Positions 1-11,840 of a DNA stretch of 64,000 bases are shown here, one piece after another. The notes under the pieces are model-generated. The model saw nothing but the letters and a program-made list of their open reading frames with translations, had not been told where the DNA came from and did not search any database. The stretch comes from Leucoraja erinacea (lineage: Eukaryota): positions 59,830,001 to 59,894,000 of the forward strand of contig NC_073381.1 of assembly GCF_028641065.1 (NCBI RefSeq), written 5' to 3'. A program made the translations under genes and the position numbers. Every line of letters begins with the position of its first letter. Position 1 is the stretch's first letter.

Positions 1-159
1 TTATCAAAACAGTGTTGTTTTGTTGGCTCTAGAATCTGCTTATACTTGTTTGTAGATTTCTGAATGTAAAATCTGCCAAGAACGAATAAAATTTGGTGCT
101 ATATTTGATTTAAAAAAAAATTATGTTGGCAGGAGGGGAAAGGAACTCTGTATTTAAGC

Positions 160-999
160 GTGTAGGAAGGAACTGCAGATGCTGGTTTACACCGAAGATG
201 GACATAAAAATTTGGAGTAACTCAGCGGGTCAGGCAGCATCTTTGGAGAAAAGGAATAAGTGACGTTTTGGGTTGAGACCCTTCTTCAGACTGAGTCGGG
301 AGAGGGAAACAAGAGATAATGAAAAGGTACATGGAACACATGAATGAAAGATATGCAAAAGGACAAATTAAAGCCAGCTGCGACGATCAAGTATAAGGTG
401 AAGCCCACAATGGTCCATTGTTGGCTGTGGGGATGGTGATAACTAGTGATGAAAATGGACAATCCAGAAGGACGGCAGTGAAAGTAGGACTAGGATGGGT
501 GAGGGAAGGAGAGAGGGGGATTTAAGGGTTGTTTGAAGTTAAATCAATATTCATACTATTGGGTTGTAAACTGCCCAAGCGAAATATGAGGTGTGTAGGA
601 AGGAACTGCAGATGCTGGTTTACACCAAAGATAGACACAAATTGCTGGAGTAACTTAGCGGGCCAGGCAGCATCTCTGGAGAGAAGGAGTGGTTGATATT
701 TCGGAAGGGTCTCGACCTGAAACATCACCTATTCCTTCTCTCCAGAGATGTTGCCTGTCCCACTGAGTTACTCGAACATTCTGTGTCTATCTTCAAAATA
801 TGAGGTGCTTTTCCTCCAATTTGCATTTGGCCTCACTCTGACAGTGGAGGAGGCTCAGCCCAGAATGGGAGTTAAAGTGTTTGGCAACCAGGTGATCGAG
901 TAGGCCAAGGGGGACTGAGCGAAGGTGTTCAGCGAAACGACTGCCTTGTCTGCACTTGGTCTTGCCAATATATAGGAGTCCACACCTTGAATAGCAGAG
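160..999 (-). mobile_element. Penelope-like retroelement 3' relic (GIY-YIG endonuclease C-terminus plus terminal repeat with degenerate hammerhead motif)
   Basis: Minus-strand translation CGLLYIGKTK..RFAEHLRSV..VAKHFN..LEEKHLIF (793-1017) continues as HLIFRLGSLQPNSMNIDL (~535-592), typical of a Penelope GIY-YIG domain; terminal region has CTGAAGAAGGGTCTCAACCCAAAACGTC (- strand, 262-289). Confidence 0.85.
594..795. mobile_element. Short fold-back (palindromic) Penelope-terminal-repeat element nested in the Penelope relic
   Basis: ~75-bp inverted arms; flanked by 12-bp direct repeat AAATATGAGGTG (582-593 and 796-807). Confidence 0.85.
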
Positions 1000-1140
1000 T
1001 TTTGATGTGATGCTCATGACCTATGCAGATGAAGTCGGATTCATCACAAAATAAATCGCAAAGTCTAGTCTAATACGTGTATAACTATTATAAATAATTG
1101 TGAATGACTTATAGAAGCAAAACTATATGTTGCCATATAC

Positions 1141-1550
1141 TAGTTTATTTAGTTTATTGTCACATGCACCGAGGTACAGCAAAACTCTTTTGTTGCATGC
1201 TAACCTGTACCTGAATCTGGTGGTATGCATTTTCACACATCTATACCTTTTGCCTGATGGGAGAGGGGAGGGGCAAGTGGCCAGTGGCCAGGGTGTGACT
1301 CATCCTGGCCTTGCCGAGGCAGCGTGAGGTTTAAATTGAGTCAACAGAAGGGAGGTTAGATTGTGTGATGGTATGGGCTGCATCGCTGCAATTTCTTGCG
1401 GTATTGGATGGAGCTGTTCCCAAACCAAGCTGTGATGCATCCTGATAAAATGCTTTCGATGGTGCATCTGTAGAAGTTGGTGAGAGTTGTTGGGGACATG
1501 CCAAACTTCCTAAGCCATCTAAGGAAGTAGAGGCGTTGGCTAGTTTCTTT
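1141..1550 (-). mobile_element. Rex1/Babar-type LINE 3' fragment, internally deleted
   Basis: Minus strand encodes degenerate ESILSGCITAWFGNSSIQYRKKLQ; ends in GTGACAATAAA plus (CTAAA)-type tail. Confidence 0.7.
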
Positions 1551-3067
1551 GGTACAATCATCTTTTCAATAAATGAACATCAACTTCCAAAACATGCCCA
1601 TTAGGACTTTTGTGGCTTAAAAAAGTCTTAATTGTAATAGCTACTTCCAGGGCTTTCAGATCAGAATGGTATTCACAGATTTGCTCTTGGATCTGGTAGT
1701 GTTGTGTTAAACCCCTGTCTCACGGTGCGAGTCGACCCACGAGTGACCCAGAGTTTAGAACAAACTCGTAGTAATCACGTACAATTAATGTAGTGGGAAC
1801 GTCGGAACACATGGACGCAACTTAGCGACTCGTGGCGCTAACGGCAGGTACCCGTGAAACTTGTTAACTCTTGAAAAATTTCAAACATGTTTAAAGTTTT
1901 CCACAAGCCAAATTTACTCTTGAAGTTAAAAATGTAAACATTTAAACTCGTTGTAAGAACGCAATGGCCCGTGAGTTTACCGTAGTGACTCGTGAGTAAC
2001 TCATGGGTTTGGCCTGAGTGCCAGAAGTGAAATGTTGAAGATTAGTCAGATCTTAATGGAAAATTTTCAGTGAAGGAGCAAAAAGCACTCACCGGGGATC
2101 TGAGCGAAAAGAATGAACCATGCAGTGGGGGGAAAACCCGCATTGTGAGAGGTAATTAGTTCCCTTCAGAACTTTAACTTTTCACGTTGAAACGGTGCCA
2201 TGAATCCTTGTTAGATTAATGCACTTTTTATGGAGAAGCAGATATATGGGACAGGTGTCCCGTCTCAGGATATATATCCGAAAAATGTTATGCGTTTAAA
2301 TAGGGGGTTTTCTCAGGCAGCACTTTCCACCCAGTCTGTTCGCGTTAAGGAGGCTTTCAGTTGTGAGACCAGACTGTAGCCACTTGTGAAGTACACTTGA
2401 TGCCCTGATGGTGAATCATTTCCTTTCAAGCGACAAGGTGCCTCCTACCTTTTCAAGGTGTGTAGGATATCTGTTGGTTCACACATCACCCAGCCTGCAG
2501 TCCTAGCCCACCGCAGTTCCAGGGAGGCCCCGTGAAGCCGGCTGGTTGGTCTGTCTTGTGTTCGCAAGCCCATTGCATGCAGCAGCTGAAATTACTGCTG
2601 GGGTCCATTCCACTTGGTTTCCTCAAGTAACCAGTAAATTACTATTAAACCTTGACATGCTTTACATAGTGACATATTCTAACATCCAGGCAAATTGTGA
2701 AGATTGCGTAATGAAACAAATAATTGAACTACCACAGGTACAAGACCCATTGACCAAACAGTGCTTCAGCAGTGAAGTACAAGAAGGGCTGGTAAACAAT
2801 AATTTTCAAAGTGATTTCTTCCAAAAGAAGCCATCTAGAAATAATGCGAGGGAAAGAAGGGGTGGGAGGATGGGGTGGGGGGAGAAGGGGAAGGGTGCAT
2901 GGGTGAGCTGCACACTTTCCCCTCTGTGGCTAACAGCAGCCTCCAAGCCCTACTGAAGGTGGCTGGAGCTGGTGGTGTCAGTAACCGTGTGGAAAATTGC
3001 CTCATTGTTTTTCAGGCTTCAGCAGCGTGGATGCGGTATGGATCCTGCAGTTGGTTTGCCTGGGAAC

Positions 3068-3400
3068 GATGGCGCAGAAGGTTGCACATGGTCCTCTCAC
3101 AGCTCCAGCGAACAAAAGGTTCGATCCTGACCTCCGGTGGTGTCCGTGTCAGGGTTAGACCTTTTCCCTGTGACCCAATGGGATTCCCCCGGCCGCTCTG
3201 GTTTCCTCCCACATCCCCAAAGAACGTAGGCTAATCTGCCGCTGTAAATTAACCCGAGTGTGTCGGTGAGTAATGGAATCTGGGACAGTTGACGAGCATG
3301 TGAGAGAGAATAAATTGCAGGGAAATGAATGGGGAATGTGATTGATGGGATTGCTGTCAGAGCTGGCATCGCCTTGATGGGCCAAATGACCTCCTTCCAT
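3068..3400 (+). mobile_element. tRNA-derived SINE (HE1-like), diverged
   Basis: A-box-like TGGCGCAGAAGG, B-box GGTTCGATCC, core GGTTTCCTCCCACATCCCCAAAGA, CR1-like 3' tail. Confidence 0.75.
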
Positions 3401-4009
3401 GTTGAAAGAATAATAAGCCAGAAAGTCAGCTCTCTGACGTTGATTTACGGGATATTCATGAAATATCATGCGCCGGCCGATAGCATTTGGAGAGTTTATG
3501 ATGCAATGATGTAACCAGTTGTAATTATGATATCAATTATGGTGTCTACACCGGATGATAGTCTACCATACAATATAGGAAAACATTCTCATATTTACAA
3601 TTAAGGGCCAATTGTATTTGGGTTTTTAATACAAATTCAGTTTTCCTGAGTTTAAATTAAAACTTGGGCCAGGCGCTGGGAAACTCTGGGACGCCACTGC
3701 TGAAGAGAACATTTGAGTTTTGTCTTTCAATCGGAGGTTCGTGGGCGGGCTGGGGTGACTGTAGGGCTCTGAAAACGTTGTTTCCCAGGGCTGGGGTGAG
3801 TGTGAAAGGGGTGGTTTCTGGGCAGATCTGCCCAATCAGCAATGTTTTGAGCCGCTGCTTTATAGAGAGACACACACTGCTATCCCTCCAGTCTACGGAC
3901 CTTGCTGTCCAGAAAAAAATAACGTTAATGTACAATTTACTTCATCTTTTTGTTAGAAGTTTACCAACTTTTTGATGAGAGATGAATTAAGGGAATAAAA
4001 CAATCTTAC

Positions 4010-4212
4010 TAGACACAAAAAGCTGGAGTATCTCAGCCAAGCCGGCAGCATCTCTGGGGAGAGGGTTGAAACATTTTTTCAGTCTGAAGAAGGGATTCGA
4101 CCAGAAACGTCACCCATTCCCTCTCTCCAGAAATGCTGCATGTCCCGCTGAGTTACTCCAGCATTTTGTGTCTATCTTCGGTGTAAACCAGCATCTGCAG
4201 TTCCTCCCAACA
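4010..4212. mobile_element. Penelope-derived fold-back element with hammerhead-like core
   Basis: Inverted arms around CTGAAGAAGGGATTCGACCAGAAACGTC (4084-4111); a further half copy at ~4327-4452. Confidence 0.8.
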
Positions 4213-4760
4213 AAAAAAAAATAGCCTATGATTGATGCCAGACTTTGAACAAATGCAGTTCAAATGGACTTTTGAATGCAATTTTGGAAGGATTGTTTCT
4301 TGAAACAAACTGCTCTAAATGAATGAAGGAAGGAATTGCAGATACTAGATTAAACCAATGATAGACACAAAATGATGGACTAACTCAGCTGGTCAGGCAG
4401 CATCTCTGGAGAATAGAAATAGGCGATGTCTCGGGTCGAGATCGTTCTTCAAGCTGGATCTTTTTATAGTGAAAAAAAACTGCTTGACATCACTCCATGT
4501 GATGATTTTTCCACACGTCGGTAGACGTTGTTGGCTCAAGAGTAACTCGGGAGAGGAACTTGCTACATCGCAGAAATAAGAAGTAAATGGCAAACTTAGA
4601 CATACACGTGGGAACTCGGTTAAACTCTTGAATATAAACTTGGAATCTCATACACAACCACGAGTCTGATTTTTTTTCTTTCACTTGGGGTCACTGGTGG
4701 GTGGACTCGCCCCGTGAGACAGGGGCTTAAGGTTGTTCTTCCAGGTGTGTTTCTTTTCAT

Positions 4761-5235
4761 TATAACCATATAACCATATAACAATTTACAGCACGGAAAC
4801 AGGCCATCTCGACCCTTCTAGTCCGTGCCGAACACATATTCTCCCCTAGTCCCATATACCTGCGCTCAGACCATAACCTTCCATTCCCTTCCCGTCCATA
4901 TAACTATCCAATTTATTTTTAAATGATAAAAACGAACCTGCCTCCACCACCTCCACTGGAAGCTCATTCCACACAGCCACCACTCTCTGAGTAAAGAAGT
5001 TCCCCCTCATGTTACCCCTAAACTTCAGTCCCTTAATTCTCAAGTCATGTCCCCTTGTTTGAATCTTCCCTACTCTCAGTGGGAAAAGCTTTTCCACGTC
5101 AACTCTGTCTATCCCTCTCATCATTTTAAAAAAAACCTTTATCAAGTCCCCCCTTAACCTTCTGCGCTCCAAAGAATAAAGCCCTAACTTGTTCAACCTT
5201 TCCCTGTAACTTAGTTGCTGAAACCCAGGCAACAT
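4761..5235 (-). mobile_element. CR1 LINE 3' end
   Basis: ORF 4846-5235 LSYRERLNKLGLYSLERRRLRGDLI..RGNFFTQRVVAVWNELP; short tandem-repeat tail (TAACCATA on + strand). Confidence 0.92.
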
Positions 5236-5649
5236 TCAAGTAAATTAGGTAAAAGATTGCATAATATTAATTTATGGTTGGTTCGTGTTTCAAAATGTTC
5301 AGTCTTTTGGTTTGACTGCCCGTTATAAAATTTTCTTTGGGTGCCTTTGCTAAATATATATTATAGTAACTATTACTATTTGTTCTTGGCATCCATAATG
5401 TGGTCCCTTTGACTGGATTGCCTGAAAGGATTCTGGCTATCCCAAATGGCATCCCAACCTAATCTGTGAAGCCCACAGCCACCTAACCCGCTGTTATTCA
5501 CTCCTTAAACAAAATGGAAAGGGGTGGTCAATTTAGTTTTATATACGAACTTACCAACAGGTTGGTAATTCATACCGATTGTACAGTTGCTGGGGAAGTC
5601 GAGGATCCATTTGCAAAGGGATGCACAGAGACCCAGTTCTGAAGGTTTC

Positions 5650-6178
5650 TTAACTGAACACAATACTCTAAATGCGGCCTCACTAATGTCTTACGCAATT
5701 GCAACATGACCTCCCAACTTATATACTCAATACTCTCACTGATGAATGCCAATGTACCTGATCCACCAGCGACTCCACCTTCAGGGAATTATGCACCTGG
5801 AGTCCTAGATCCCTCTGCTCTACAACACTACCCAGAGCCTACCATTCACTGAGTAGGTCCTGCCCATGTTAGACTTCCCATTTTCTGCATTAAATTCCAT
5901 CAACCGTTCCTCAGCCCACCTGGACAATCAGTCAAGATCCTGCTGCAATTTTCACAAACATCTTCACTATCTGTAAAACCGCCCAGTTTTGTATCATCTG
6001 CAAACTTGCTAATCTTGCCGTATATGTTCTCATCCAAATCATTGATATAGGTGACAAACAGTAACGGGCCCAGCACCGAACCCTGAAGCACACCACTAGT
6101 CACAGGCCTCCAGTCTGAGAATAACCTTCCACCATCGCCCTCTGCTTCCTTCCATGAAGCCAATTTTCTATCCATTCA
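5650..6178 (-). mobile_element. CR1 LINE reverse-transcriptase fragment
   Basis: VTSGVLQGSVLGPLLFVTYINDLD..SKFADDTKLGG and LVRPHLEYCVQ motifs. Confidence 0.9.
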
Positions 6179-7460
6179 TAAAATTGAATATGTTGAAATA
6201 CAAACTTTGCCAGTGGGTTTTGCTGGACATGCGTAAATGTTGTTTGGTTACTTGCCTTAATAAACAGCATTGCACAGCAGATCCATTAATGCAATATAGG
6301 TGATCAATTTGGGATCTAGCTGCTGAGGAAGTGGCAAGACCATATTCAAGTGTAAGAGAAAAGACAATGGGCTTTTCCAGACAGTCTAATGATGGCAGGC
6401 ATTAGATATGCTGACAAAGTATGCATGCCATTTGCTCAGCATGCGGAATGAGTGATGGTATTCCTGACATCAAACACATGCTTGATTGTACATGATAGAA
6501 CATCACAGCCATGGGGGAGAATAAAAGATAATGTTACAACTAGTGGCATGATTGAATATGTATATAACACTGGTAAATTTATTAGGAGCAACATCTGCTG
6601 AATAGAATGTGTTTATTGTCATTGGGTAGAGCAAATTGCATTCTGAAATCTGAGAGCAAAGAACTGCCACAAACCAATCCATCATTGGCCAAAATGTGCA
6701 ACTGTGAATTGATACACAAGACATTGTAGATGTTGGAAACTGGAACAAAAAAAGAACAAACAACTCAAGAAAACTCATTGAGCCAACCATCATCTGAAAA
6801 TTCCAGATGAAGTGTCCTGACCTGGAATATCAACATACATTCCCCTCCACTGGTGCTGCCTGACGCACAGAATTTCTCCAGTAGTTGTGTTATGCACTGT
6901 GAATAACGGCTGATCTAACTCTCCTTCCTAACCCCATTCTCCTGCCTTCTCCCCATAACCTCTGACACCCGTACTAATCAAGAAACCACTGGGTATCAAT
7001 TGGATCATGACATGAGTTAAGAGGAATAGATAATAAATACATTTATACTTGGCTGGAGTTATAACTGTTAACTCTCATATATTGTGTTTAGAATTATTTG
7101 TAAAATATTGAGTCCACTTTAATTGGCAATTACAAAAAGTTTATATAGATATTTATTGTGTTACTTTTCAGTTAAGGCACCGTAGTATGTAAATTGTGCA
7201 TGTCTAGAATGTTTCAGTTGCTGTAGAGTATTTATTAGTAATAATTAAAGGATGTTTGGCTGGAAGTTCTCTCCTATGTCCGGAGTTCCAAAACGGCAAT
7301 GTCGAAAAGGATCTATTATGATTACAACCAGAAAATCATGTTATTTATTGAGTAAAATGCCATTTTGGAAGTCATTTGTTCATTCATGAGGTTATTTTTG
7401 TAAAATTCTTTTCCATATAGCCTGCAACGTATTTTGAAATGACATACTTAATTGCAAATA

Positions 7461-7757
7461 GTTTAGTTTAAAGATACAGAATGGAAACGTGCCCTTTGGC
7501 CCACTGGGTCTATGCCAACCTTTGATCACCTGTTCACATAGTTCTATGTTATCCTATTTTCTCACTCACTCCTTGTACTGGCGATTTAGCGAGGGTTTTC
7601 TAAAAAGCCCTCATGTCTTTGCGATATGGGAGGAAACCAGAGTACCCAGAAGAAACCCGTGCGGTCACAGGGAGAACATACAAGCTCCACACAGACAGCA
7701 CCCAAGGTTAGGATCAAACCAGGGTCTCGGGCACTGTAAAGCAGTAGCTCTACCGGC
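7461..7757 (-). mobile_element. tRNA-derived SINE (HE1-like)
   Basis: Reverse complement shows tRNA-like head, SINE core and (CTAAA)n tail shared with other copies. Confidence 0.8.
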
Positions 7758-8213
7758 TAAAGGTGGACTAATGAAGATATGGAGGGTTTCCATCATGTAA
7801 TGATTTGTACCTGCTGGTCTCCTTGCACCGTCTCAGTTCCAGTCACAGTTCTGGTGAGGGTTGCTAAGATGTGCAGCGACTGAGCTCACATTCAGACCTC
7901 TCGGCTCCACATCCCCCATTTATTGCAGCAAAGCATTTAACAGCTTCTCTCCTTACACCATCATTAATTATGCAACTTTCATTTGCTCATATATGGCACA
8001 AATTCTCTGCTCCATCTAGTTTTCAGCAATTTGGTTTGCATGTGAAGGTCAAATAATTCAGGTTTTAGTTCAATCAATTGAGGAACCAATGGGCAAATAT
8101 ATGAAGTGGAAGGAGGATAAAGGTTTCCATTTTGGCTTATGCTATTCTTTCAATAAATACAAGTAGCTTGGATGGAGTACTTCATTCATGATAGCTACTG
8201 CAATATTGACAAT

Positions 8214-9063
8214 AGGCGGCGGTAGGCGGCGCGGCTCTAGCCAGCAGCGGCCTCTGCAGCCTGTCTGCGTTTTTATTATTTTTTGTCTGTGTTTTTATGT
8301 AGTTTTTGTTATTTTATGGAATACCCAGTGTGAAACCCGTGCGGGCGGGGTGGGGAGGGGGGGGGGAAACTTTTTGAATCTCTCCCACACTGACAGCACC
8401 CCAGGTTTTCAGGATCGGGGGTCTCAGGTGTCTCAGGCCGCAAAGGAGCGGCTCTCCAACAGGAAGCCGGGGACTCAGGTGCCGACTCACCATTGCCGTC
8501 GCGGAGCTGGCCGAGTCCGGAGCGGGTGGAGCGGTGGAGGAGCGCTGCTGCTGCTGCTGCTGCTGCTGATGCTGCTGCTGTTGCGGGGGCTGCTGCTGCG
8601 GGTCTGCGGACGACGGCACCGGGAGCCCGCGACTCCCTGGAGGGAGACCGCTTTTCGGGGCTCCTGCAACGGCGAGTTCTCCCCCATTTATTGCAGCAAG
8701 AGCTCCTGGAGCGGGGCTTCACTACACCGCCCCCATCGGCTGGAATTATGCACTTTCATTTGCTCATATATAGGGCACAAATTCCAAGACCCATGTGCGA
8801 CCTTTCAGCACCCGGCGTGGCTTTAATGGCTGCGGGACAATCGCCATCGCCAGCCGGGGCTTTGACTTTGACTTTGACATCGGGGGGGAGAGAGTGCAGT
8901 GGAGAGATAAGTTTATTTGGCCTTCCATCACAGCTATGTGATGGATGTTTATGTAAAATGTAATTATGTTGTGTCTGGGGTCTATTTGTGTGTAATGTAT
9001 GGCTGCAGAAACGGCATTTCGTTTGGACCTCCAGGGGTCCAAATGACAATTAAATTGACTCTC
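8214..9063 (+). mobile_element. GC-rich non-coding retroposon with Rex1/Babar-like 3' tail
   Basis: 5' GGCGGCGCGG..CAGCCTGTCTG + T-rich tract + G-run; 3' hairpin then ATGACAAT and short repeat; candidate TSD TTGACAAT (8206-8213, 9064-9071); contains a (CTG)n run at ~8545-8600. Confidence 0.7.
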
Positions 9064-9414
9064 TTGACAATGGAATATCTCTTCAGGATTGCTCATTTCT
9101 CATTTCTCAGGGCTATAGAAGAGTGACTGACCATCCAGTAGCTGAGCCTGTGATGATCCAGCCAAAAAATATTATTTATGGAATCAAGAATCAAAGGGCA
9201 TAGGATTAAGGTGATAGGGGAAAGATTTAATTGGAACCTGAGGGGAACGTTTTCATACAGGTCATAAGTGGAAGTAGAATTAGGCCATTCGGCCCATCAA
9301 GTCTACTCCGCCATTCAATCAAGGCTGATCTATCTCTCCCACCTAACCCCAATCTCCTGCCTTCTCCCCATAACTTCTGACACATCTGACACCTGTACAT
9401 TTTTACATTTGTCA

Positions 9415-9607
9415 AGGGAATGTACCTACATACCTGTACATCTTTGGAGTGTGGAAGGAAACCAAAGATCTTGGAGCAAACCCATGCAGTCACGGGGAGA
9501 ACGTACAAACTCTGTTCAGACAGCACCTGTAGTCGGGATCGAACCCGGGTCCCTGGCGCAGCAAGCGCTGCAAGGCAGCAACTCTACCATTGCGCCACTG
9601 TGCCGCC
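9415..9607 (-). mobile_element. tRNA-derived SINE (HE1-like)
   Basis: Minus strand GTGGCGCAATGGTAGAGTTGCTGCC...GGGTTCGATCCCGACTAC (A and B boxes). Confidence 0.85.
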
Positions 9608-10040
9608 CGATGTTATGGGATGTACATAGAAATGATATTATAGCCATCGGAAACTTGATTGAGCGAGCACGGCACTGGTAGCTCAATGCTTCTGGTTATC
9701 AAGGCTTCAGATTTGACAGAGGGGTGTGTAAAGGTGGTGGGGGAGCTACAGTGCTGATTAGGGAGAATATCACACATGCACCAAGAGAGGACTTTTGAAA
9801 GGCTCATCCTATAAGGGTACATGGGTAGAACTCGGGAATAAGAAAGGTGTGATCAATTTTAATGCTAGATTCTATAGATTCCAGATACATAGGCAGATCA
9901 TGGAAATATGTAAATTTAGCAGGAGAGTTGTAACAGGTGATTTTATCTTCCACAGTATTCCACAGTATTTTTTAGTAAAGGGTGGTAAATAATGCGCACC
10001 GCATGCTTGCCTTCATCATTTGTAGCATTGAGTATAAAAC

Positions 10041-10484
10041 AGGATGCATCACAGCTTGGTTTGGGAACAGCCCCATCCAAGACCGCAAGAATTTGCAGTA
10101 TATTGTGGACTCAGCCCAAACCAACCTCCCTTCCATTGATTCAATTTATATGCAAGGCCAGCAGCATTATCAAGGACGAGTCGCACCCTGGCCACTCTGT
10201 CTTCTCCTCTCTCCAATCAGGATATTCAGGGACAGTTTCTTCTCAGCTCTTATCAGGCAACTGAATCATCCTACAACAACTGAAAGCAGTCCTGAACTAC
10301 TATCTACCTCATTGGTAACTACTATCTTTGATTGGACCTTACTGGCTTTACCTTACACTAAGCATTATTCCCTAAACATGTATCTGTACACTGTGGATGG
10401 TTCGATTGTAATCATGTATTGTCTTTCTGCTGACTGGTACACAATAGCTTTTCCCTGTACCTCGGTACATGTGAAAATAAACTA
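10041..10484 (+). mobile_element. Rex1/Babar-type LINE 3' fragment inserted in CR1
   Basis: CITAWFGNSPIQDRKNLQYIV..LPSIDSIY..RDSFF; tail GTGAAAATAAACTA; CR1 text (RPHLEYC) resumes immediately after. Confidence 0.75.
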
Positions 10485-11130
10485 GGCCTCATTTGGAGTA
10501 TTGTATGCAGTTCTGGGTATCACACTATAAGAAGGATGTGGGGGCTTTGGAGAGGATGTAGCTGAGGTTCACCAGGATGCTGCCTGGATTGAAGTGCATT
10601 AGGAATAGGAAGCTATAAGGAGACTCAGATTATTTTCCCTGGAGTGTCAGAGGCTGAGGAGCGATGTGACAGTACGTAAAATGATGAGAGGCATAAATAG
10701 GATAGACAGTCTTTTTCCCAGAGTGAAAAAGTTAAAAGCCAAAAATTATAGCTTTAAGCTAAGTGGGGGAAAATTCTAAAGAGATTTGCAAGGCAATTAA
10801 AAAAAAACATGGAATGCCCGAGCCCTAGAAATTGCTGCCAAGGAACAAGATTGAATCAGATGTTATAGCAATATTTAGGACGCATTTAGACAGACATGTG
10901 GGGAATAGTGACCACTTGCAGGCAGTACCGGATTTACCTATAGACTTGTGAGGCTGAAGCCTAGGGCCTCAAAATCTAGGGGGCCTCCCGCCAAGGTGTA
11001 TAATATTTTTGACACTGTCATAGGCCTTTCTTACATATGCTGTCACAACACACTGTAGTGTCTAAACAACCTTTCCTTTCTTGCTAATCTGACCGCATCT
11101 AAGCAAGAAATTCAGCAAGGTGTTGAACTG

Positions 11131-11518
11131 TTGATGGAGGCATACCCAGAAGATGTTAACCTGAAACTTACTGATGAACATTTGCACTTTCACCGGTACG
11201 TGAGACAAAACCATAGGCCTACAGAAGAGCAGTCTCTGTCTCATACAGACCTTTATCAAATTATATACAAGGAAAAAATTCAGATGGCCTTCCCTAATGT
11301 GGAAGCAATCTTGCGGCTGTTTCTTAGCTTAATGGTCACTAACTGCTCGGGAGAGAGGTCTTTTTCAAGACTCAAAAGAATTAAAAATGAATTAAGGGCC
11401 ACAATGTCTCAAGAGAGGTTGTCGGCACTGAGCATTCGGTGACAAACTTAGACAAACAAATTTTGATGAACTTCTGGATGATTTTGCAATGAGGAAGGCT
11501 AGAAAAAAACTTTTTTAG
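11131..11518 (+). pseudogene. hAT transposase C-terminal dimerisation domain remnant
   Basis: FPNVEAILRLFLSLMVTNCSGERSFSRLKRIKNELRATMSQERLSALSI, frameshifted into FDELLDDFAMRKARKKLF*. Confidence 0.9.
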
Positions 11519-11840
11519 TCTCAAAGTATTTGATGATTGTAATTTATTTATTTCGTAACATGTATTTTAAAACCAACTGTTTAATGACAATATACAGTAG
11601 GATCTAAAAGTGTCACACTGTCACTGTCAGGTAATCATGGTCTTCTTATTAACACTTCCCAGGCAAAAAAAAGCTCACGTTTTTTTTTGTTTGTTTATTT
11701 TAATATAACAGTAAACCTACAATTTTATTTTCCTAAAAATTCCTGCTTATTCCACGAAATGCTTACAAAGTTTGGTTATAGCAAAAGTTTTTCACAGTTA
11801 ATTTTAACATTTATGCTTTTTTTTCAATCACTATGATATT

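Larger units (their letters stand above)
1711..4726 (+). mobile_element. Decayed TIR DNA transposon, probably PIF/Harbinger-like
   Basis: 40-bp TIRs (ACCCCTGTCTCACGGTGCGAGTCGACCCACGAGTGACCCA vs reverse complement of 4687-4726), TTAA on both flanks; degenerate transposase-like translation at 2278-2630 (KNVMRL..EAFSCETRL..GESF..SYLFKV; EITAGVHSTWFP). Confidence 0.7.

Noticed and set aside
8188-8963. Overlapping long ORFs with poly-Leu/Ala/Gln
   Set aside because: By-product of a (CTG)n run and high GC in a retroposon; not conserved between family copies.
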